Assembly: GCF_009914755.1 (NCBI RefSeq)
Contig: NC_060934.1
Length of the DNA stretch: 64,000 nt
Origin: the human T2T-CHM13v2.0 reference genome, Homo sapiens
Strand: one strand, 5' to 3'
The notes beneath the pieces were generated by a model. The model was given only the letters and a program-made list of their open reading frames with translations, was not told where the DNA came from and did no database searches. The position numbers were made by a program, and so were the translations under genes. Shown here one piece after another: positions 56,944-64,000 of this stretch; within the stretch, counting starts at the first letter, position 1; every line of letters starts with the position of its first letter.

Positions 56944-57235
56944 GGCTGGGCATGGTGGCTCACGACTGTAATCCCAGCACTATAGGAGGCTGAGGCGGTT
57001 GGATCACCTGAGGTCAGGAGCTCGAGAGCAGCCTGGCCAGCATGGTGAAGGACTCTGTCTCTACTAAAAATATTAGCCGGGCATGGTGCTGGGTACCTGT
57101 AATCTCAGCTACCTGGGAGGCTGAGGCCCGAGAATCTCTTGAACCCAGGAGGTGGGGGTTGCAGTGAGCTGAGATGGTACCACTGCCCTCAAGCCTGGGC
57201 GACAGAGTGTGACTCTGTCTCAAAAAAAAAAAAAA
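56944..57235 (+). mobile_element. AluS
   Basis: Full sense Alu; TSD aaagttaa(a/c)gtgctttt. Confidence 0.9.
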
Positions 57236-57549
57236 GTTAACGTGCTTTTGATCTCAGAAATGATATTTGTGAAGCAATTAAATGTCTATCAACTGGTCTT
57301 CCTTACCTGGGATATTTGATATGGAAAAAAAACCTCAGGTGTTATTAAAGTTTAAACTAAGCATATCTAGTGCTATTTCCTTCAGAAATGAAAATTCAGT
57401 AATTTTATAGATGTAGTTTGTGGGATTGGTCATTTTAAGGAAAAATTTTAAAAGTCTTATGCTAAAGCAAGTTCATCAAATTTTGTTGTGTGGCCAAAAT
57501 GCTTCTTTAGAGAGAAGTTAATAGAGTGGTTAAGACATGCATTCAATGG

Positions 57550-57864
57550 GGCTGAGTGCAGTGGCTCACACCTGTAATCCCAACACTTTGGGAGGCTGAA
57601 GCGGGAGGATTGCTTGAGGTCATGAGTTCAGGATCAGTCTGGGCAACATAGCAAGACCCTGTCTCTACAAAAATTACTACAAAAAGCAGCTGGTCAAGAT
57701 GATGCACACCTGTGTTCCCAGCTACTTGGGAGGCTGATGAGGGAGGATCACCTGAGCCCAGGGAGGTCGAGGCTGCAGTGAGCTGTGGTCACGCCACTGC
57801 ACTCCAGCCTGGAGTGCCCTCCAGAGTACAGAGTGATACCCTGTCTCCAGAAAAAAAAAAAAAA
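57550..57864 (+). mobile_element. AluJ, first of a tandem pair
   Basis: Sense Alu preceded and followed by an aagac…tcaatgg motif. Confidence 0.88.
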
Positions 57865-57879
57865 GACATCACTCAATGG

Positions 57880-58166
<287 letters not shown>

Positions 58167-59117
58167 TCAATGGACTAGGAAATATTTTCATTGTCTCATT
58201 AGCTAAGGACTCTGCAAACATGAGCTTTTCTTTGTGTACCTTTATTTCTTATCTATGAAACAAAAATGTCATCTCTTCTACTTGGAAATATGAAATGATA
58301 TTTCCTGTCGGAATGTGGATTAAGGGGTTTTTACCCCTTTGGAAGTAAGATAAGTGTAAACATTGAGGATGACTCATTCTGCACATTTGTTGAGCATCTT
58401 TGATGTAGGTGATGCTTGTGCAAGGCATGGGATGAGGGGCAAGAGAGTGATAAGGAAAGACTATACATACATTTAAGGATCTCTTTCCAAGAAATAAATG
58501 GGAACTATATGAAGGCAGCATATGATACAAAATTAAATTTCATGTCTCAGACTTGAATATTGAAACTTTTATATTTTTGTAAGTCAGCCAACATTGAGTC
58601 AGACAGCAAAGCTTCTTGCATCAAGTAAAGGAATGGGGGCGCTGCCTGCATCACTCCGCTGGGGCATGGGAGAAGCTGGGATTTGGTGTTATCCTCCTAT
58701 ACCCTCCTGTGACCCCGACTCCCTTTGGCGCCCCTCCCTCAGGCACTGCCCCCTCACTGCCTGTCTAACCATGGCTCCTCACCCAGACTGTGCCCCTCAA
58801 GAACCTCCTGAGCCCGAGTCCCATCATAGCGTCCTCAACTTGCCAGGGAAATTGGTGACTTGACTCTAGCTCATTTCACACCTGAAAAATGAAGGTGCAG
58901 GAAGGCGATGTAACTCGTCTAAAACAATCTGGTCAATTGGTGGCTAAATCTTCTCATTCTGAGCAGGTTTTGGCTCTAGAATTCCATTGCTCCAGGTTGC
59001 TTTCTTGAAGGTCATCGGGTAGAAGGGATTACTGCTCACAACAGCTTAATGTATAAGCTTTCTAGGAGCATCAGCAAATTAACAGAGGGCTCAGGGGCCC
59101 AATAGAATGCATCTCTG

Positions 59118-59410
59118 TTTTTTTATTTTTCAGAGACAGGGTCTTGCTCTGTCGCCCATGCTGGAATACAATGGTGTGATCATAGCTCACTGCAGCCACA
59201 AACTCCTGGGCTGAAGTGAGCCTACCGCCTTAGCCTCCTGAGTAGCTAGGACTACAGGCCTAGCTAATCTTTTTATTTTAAAACATTTTTTGTAAAGATG
59301 AGTTCTCACTGTGTTGCCCAGGCTGGTCTCAAACTCCTGGTCTCAAGCAATTATCCTGCCTCAGCCTCCCAAAGTGTTGGGATTACAGGTGTGAGCCACC
59401 ACACCCAGCC
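59118..59410 (-). mobile_element. AluJ
   Basis: Antisense Alu; flanked by agaatgcat duplication. Confidence 0.87.
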
Positions 59411-59902
59411 CAGAATGCATTTTTAATAGTGTCATTTGAGGCAATATGAAGGGTCTGCAGGTGACCTATAGAATAAGAATAGAATTGGTTTTTGATGACA
59501 GATTACAGTGGCAATCATTTCTTGAAGTTAGACAATTATGATAGAAATATAAAAACACAGAAGTTTAGAAATAATGCCCCATCCTCCCTAAATAACATAT
59601 CAACCTGTTTATATTCTTAGCCTCTTAGGTTTTAAAATTTATAGTTGTATTTGTATTATGTCCATTCTGTGTTTTTCACTTGCTAATACATCATACACAT
59701 TTTCCATGGTTCTCCAGTCTTCATAACTTACCACTTCGAATGGTGGCAGGAGTCTATGAAGCGATGGCTGTCTGATCATCTGCCCCAGCCTCTGTTGAAC
59801 AAAATACTGCTAGCCTTTTGATGTTACAAAATAACACAGCATGGGTACACAGGATTTTCCTTCACATTTTGGATTATTTCCTTTAAATAGTTTTCTAGAA
59901 AT

Positions 59903-60207
<305 letters not shown>

Positions 60208-60326
60208 TAAAAATTAAGTTCACATACATTCTCAATGGATTATTAAGCTATTAATAGTGTCAACCACATGCAGATTACTATTTGTGAAGCTGCCATAATT
60301 TCACAGGTTGATCTTGTGATGCTAAA

Positions 60327-60907
<581 letters not shown>

Positions 60908-61431
60908 TCAGTGACGTTTTCCACAAGCGTGTTTAACAGTCATAGATGAAGCATGTTAATTACATGTTAGTAATTAACCAGTTATTAAAGTAGTTATGCT
61001 CACATGCTTGAGAATTTAAGTTCAATAAGCTTCACAAATTGAGCCAACTTTTAAAGGTGCTTGATCAGCTATGTGCAGCTTTTACGTTGTGATTTTTAAA
61101 ACTTAATTTTCCTCCATAAATGAGGAAATTACCTTTCTGGAATACATTTCAGTCCAGATTAAACACAGAAACCCAAATGTACCATTCCAGCCTGTGGCTC
61201 CCCACTGCTTTGATGAAGAGATGGTCTTCCCATATTCCCCCGGCCCCCTGCCGGATCTGCTCTATTTCAGCTTCGAGGTACTCAGGCCCATCCTCGCCTG
61301 GGGAGGAGGGAGGCAGATATCCAGGGAATATGCAAGGCTTTGTGACTGGCTGGATCAGGGGATGGGGGGCAGGAATGAGGAAGAGGGAGGAGAGCCTGGG
61401 TTAATTTTTTTGGTCCCCGATGAACTTTGCC

Positions 61432-61549
61432 TGTATTAGTCCATTTGTATTGCTATAAAGGAACACCTGAAGCTGGGTAATTTATAAGGAAAAGAGGTTT
61501 ATTTGGCTCATGATTCTGCAAGCTGTATAGGAAGCATGGTGCCAGCATA
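61432..61549 (-). mobile_element. MST (B-like) LTR fragment
   Basis: tgtattagtccattt…tgctataaaggaacacctga…aaaagaggtttatttggctcatgattctgca…aagcatggtgccagcat. Confidence 0.8.
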
Positions 61550-61902
61550 TGATATGGTTTGGCTGTGTCCCCACCCAAATCTCATTAGCTCCCATAATCC
61601 CCACATATCATGGCAGGGACCTAGTAGAGGTAATTGAATTATCAGGGTGGGTCTTTCCCATGCTGTTCTTGTTATATGAATAAGTCTGATGAGATCTGAT
61701 GGTTTAATAAAGGGCAGTTCCCCTGTACACGCTGTCTTGTCTGCCACCATGTAAGATGTGCCTTTGCTTTTCCTTTGCCTTCCACCATGATTGTGAGGCC
61801 TCCCCAGCCATGTGCAACAGTGAGTCCATTAAACCTCTATTTCTTTATAAATTACCCAGTCTGGGCTATGTCTTTATTAACAGTGAGAGAACAGACTAAT
61901 AT
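61550..61902 (+). mobile_element. THE1 (C/D-like) LTR
   Basis: tgatatggtttggctgtgtccccacccaaatctca…ccatgattgtgaggcctccccagcc…attaaacctc…cagactaata. Confidence 0.88.
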
Positions 61903-61964
61903 AGTCATATTCACCCAAGTAGAACACCCTGGAGGAGGAGATGGATTGCTGATAGTTTCTGTTG

Positions 61965-62295
61965 TTTTTTTTTTATTTTTACAATTTATTTTATTACCAT
62001 TATTTTTTAGAGACAGGGTCTTGCTCTGTCACCCAGGCTGAGTGCAGTGGTATGACCATAACTCACTGCAGCCTTGAACTCCTGGGGACACGTGATCCTC
62101 CCACTTCAGCCTCCTGAGTAGCTGAGACTATGGGCATGCACCACCATATCCAGCTAGTTTTTAATTTTTTTTTTTTTTTAGAGATGGGGTCTTGCTATGT
62201 TGCCCAGGCTGGTCTTGAATTCCTGGGCTCGAGCAATCCTCCTGCCTTGGCCTCCTAAAGTGCTGGAATTACAGGCATGAGCCACCACGCCCGGT
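61965..62295 (-). mobile_element. AluJ
   Basis: Antisense Alu dimer. Confidence 0.87.
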
Positions 62296-62717
62296 CAGTT
62301 TCTGGTGTAGAAATGTCAAGGTGAAGTTGCCTTTGGGGTATTTTGGAGGAGATGCTGAGTAGGAAGTTGGACTGCTGGATCCGAGCACAGAGAGGAGTTT
62401 GGCTGGAGACAGATTGTGGAATCATCACACAGAGCCGCTTTCGAGTCCTTGGGTGTGGCTGCCCAGTCTCCCTCTGCTTCAGACAACCCCACACCTCCTT
62501 GGTGACCCTAAGGGACAGGGAAAGCAGGTGGCATCAGGAAGGATAGCAGGATCCCTACGATCACTCCCAGGGGGGTGAATTCTTTTGTTTTCCAGCTGAA
62601 GAAGCAGATCTTACAGCAAAACTGCCCTGATTTATTTACCCTGTGTGGTGACCAGGTCAGTGGGACAAACAGCAGATCTATGGTGTTCCTGAGGTTCTCA
62701 AATATCTGTGCTGACAT

Positions 62718-63048
62718 GTTTCTTTTCTGTTTCTTTTCTTTTCTTCTCCCTTTTTTTTTTTTTTTTGAGACACAGTCTTGCTCTGTTGCCCAGGCAGAAG
62801 TGCAGTGGTGCAATCTTGGCTCACTACAACATCTGCCTCCCAAGTTCAAGTGATTCTCCTGCCTCAGCCTCCTGAGTCGCTGGGATTACAGGCGTCCACC
62901 ACCATGCCCAGCTAATTTTTGTATTTTTAGCAGAGATGTGGTTTCTCCATGTTGGCCAGGCTAGTCTGGAACTTCGGACCTCAAGTGATCCTCCTGCCTC
63001 AGCCTCCCAAAGTGCTGGGATGACAGGTGTGAGCCACCACGCCCAGCC
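62718..63048 (-). mobile_element. AluS
   Basis: Antisense Alu dimer. Confidence 0.88.
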
Positions 63049-63343
63049 TGTGCAGACATATTTCTGTTAAACTCCAAGCTCTTGTCCTGTGTTTCCTCTC
63101 CTGATACCACCCAGGTTTCCACCTACAACCTCTGAGGGATGGACCGTCTGGATCTGCCCCAGGTGAGCCTACAGAGCTGCCTCCTTCTCTGACCAAATTA
63201 GCCTTTCCCTGGACCCCCGTGTCCCTCCCTTGTATTTCTATGTCATTCCGAGAGGGGAACATTCTGGTGTCCTACACTATCTTATTTGATGGAAAGAGCA
63301 GAGTTACTTATTTACTTAACGCTATTTTTGTAAGCATGAATGA

Positions 63344-64000
<657 letters not shown>

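Overview
Primate (human-like) genomic DNA matching the CCNY-GJD4 interval (human 10p11.21; locus identity from recognising the proteins, not from a search). It holds the last two coding exons and the long 3' UTR of cyclin Y (CCNY, + strand; 6462-6624 and 9493-9609) and the complete two-exon coding sequence of connexin 40.1 (GJD4, + strand; 46010-46073 joined to 48026-49074, 370 aa). The rest is intronic or intergenic and dense in repeats: about 45 Alu copies or fragments, old L1/L2/MIR, MaLR LTRs (MLT1, MST, THE1) and DNA transposons (MER5A, MER82, a half MADE1). Nearly all other ORFs in the track are repeat-derived or GC-rich shadows. I see no convincing new gene or multi-gene system. The most unusual signal is a set of locally templated copies that TE annotation does not explain: a ~280-bp inverted repeat (33055-34239), a chimeric block in a four-module mosaic duplication (18445-20737), a 150-bp copy inside an L1 (16610 to 19431), a 16-bp inverted copy inside the GJD4 3' UTR Alu, a quasi-palindrome conversion in an Alu, and a perfect 42-bp tandem duplication. 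These look like template-switch or repair scars. Repeat subfamily names, repeat boundaries and percent identities were judged by eye and are approximate.
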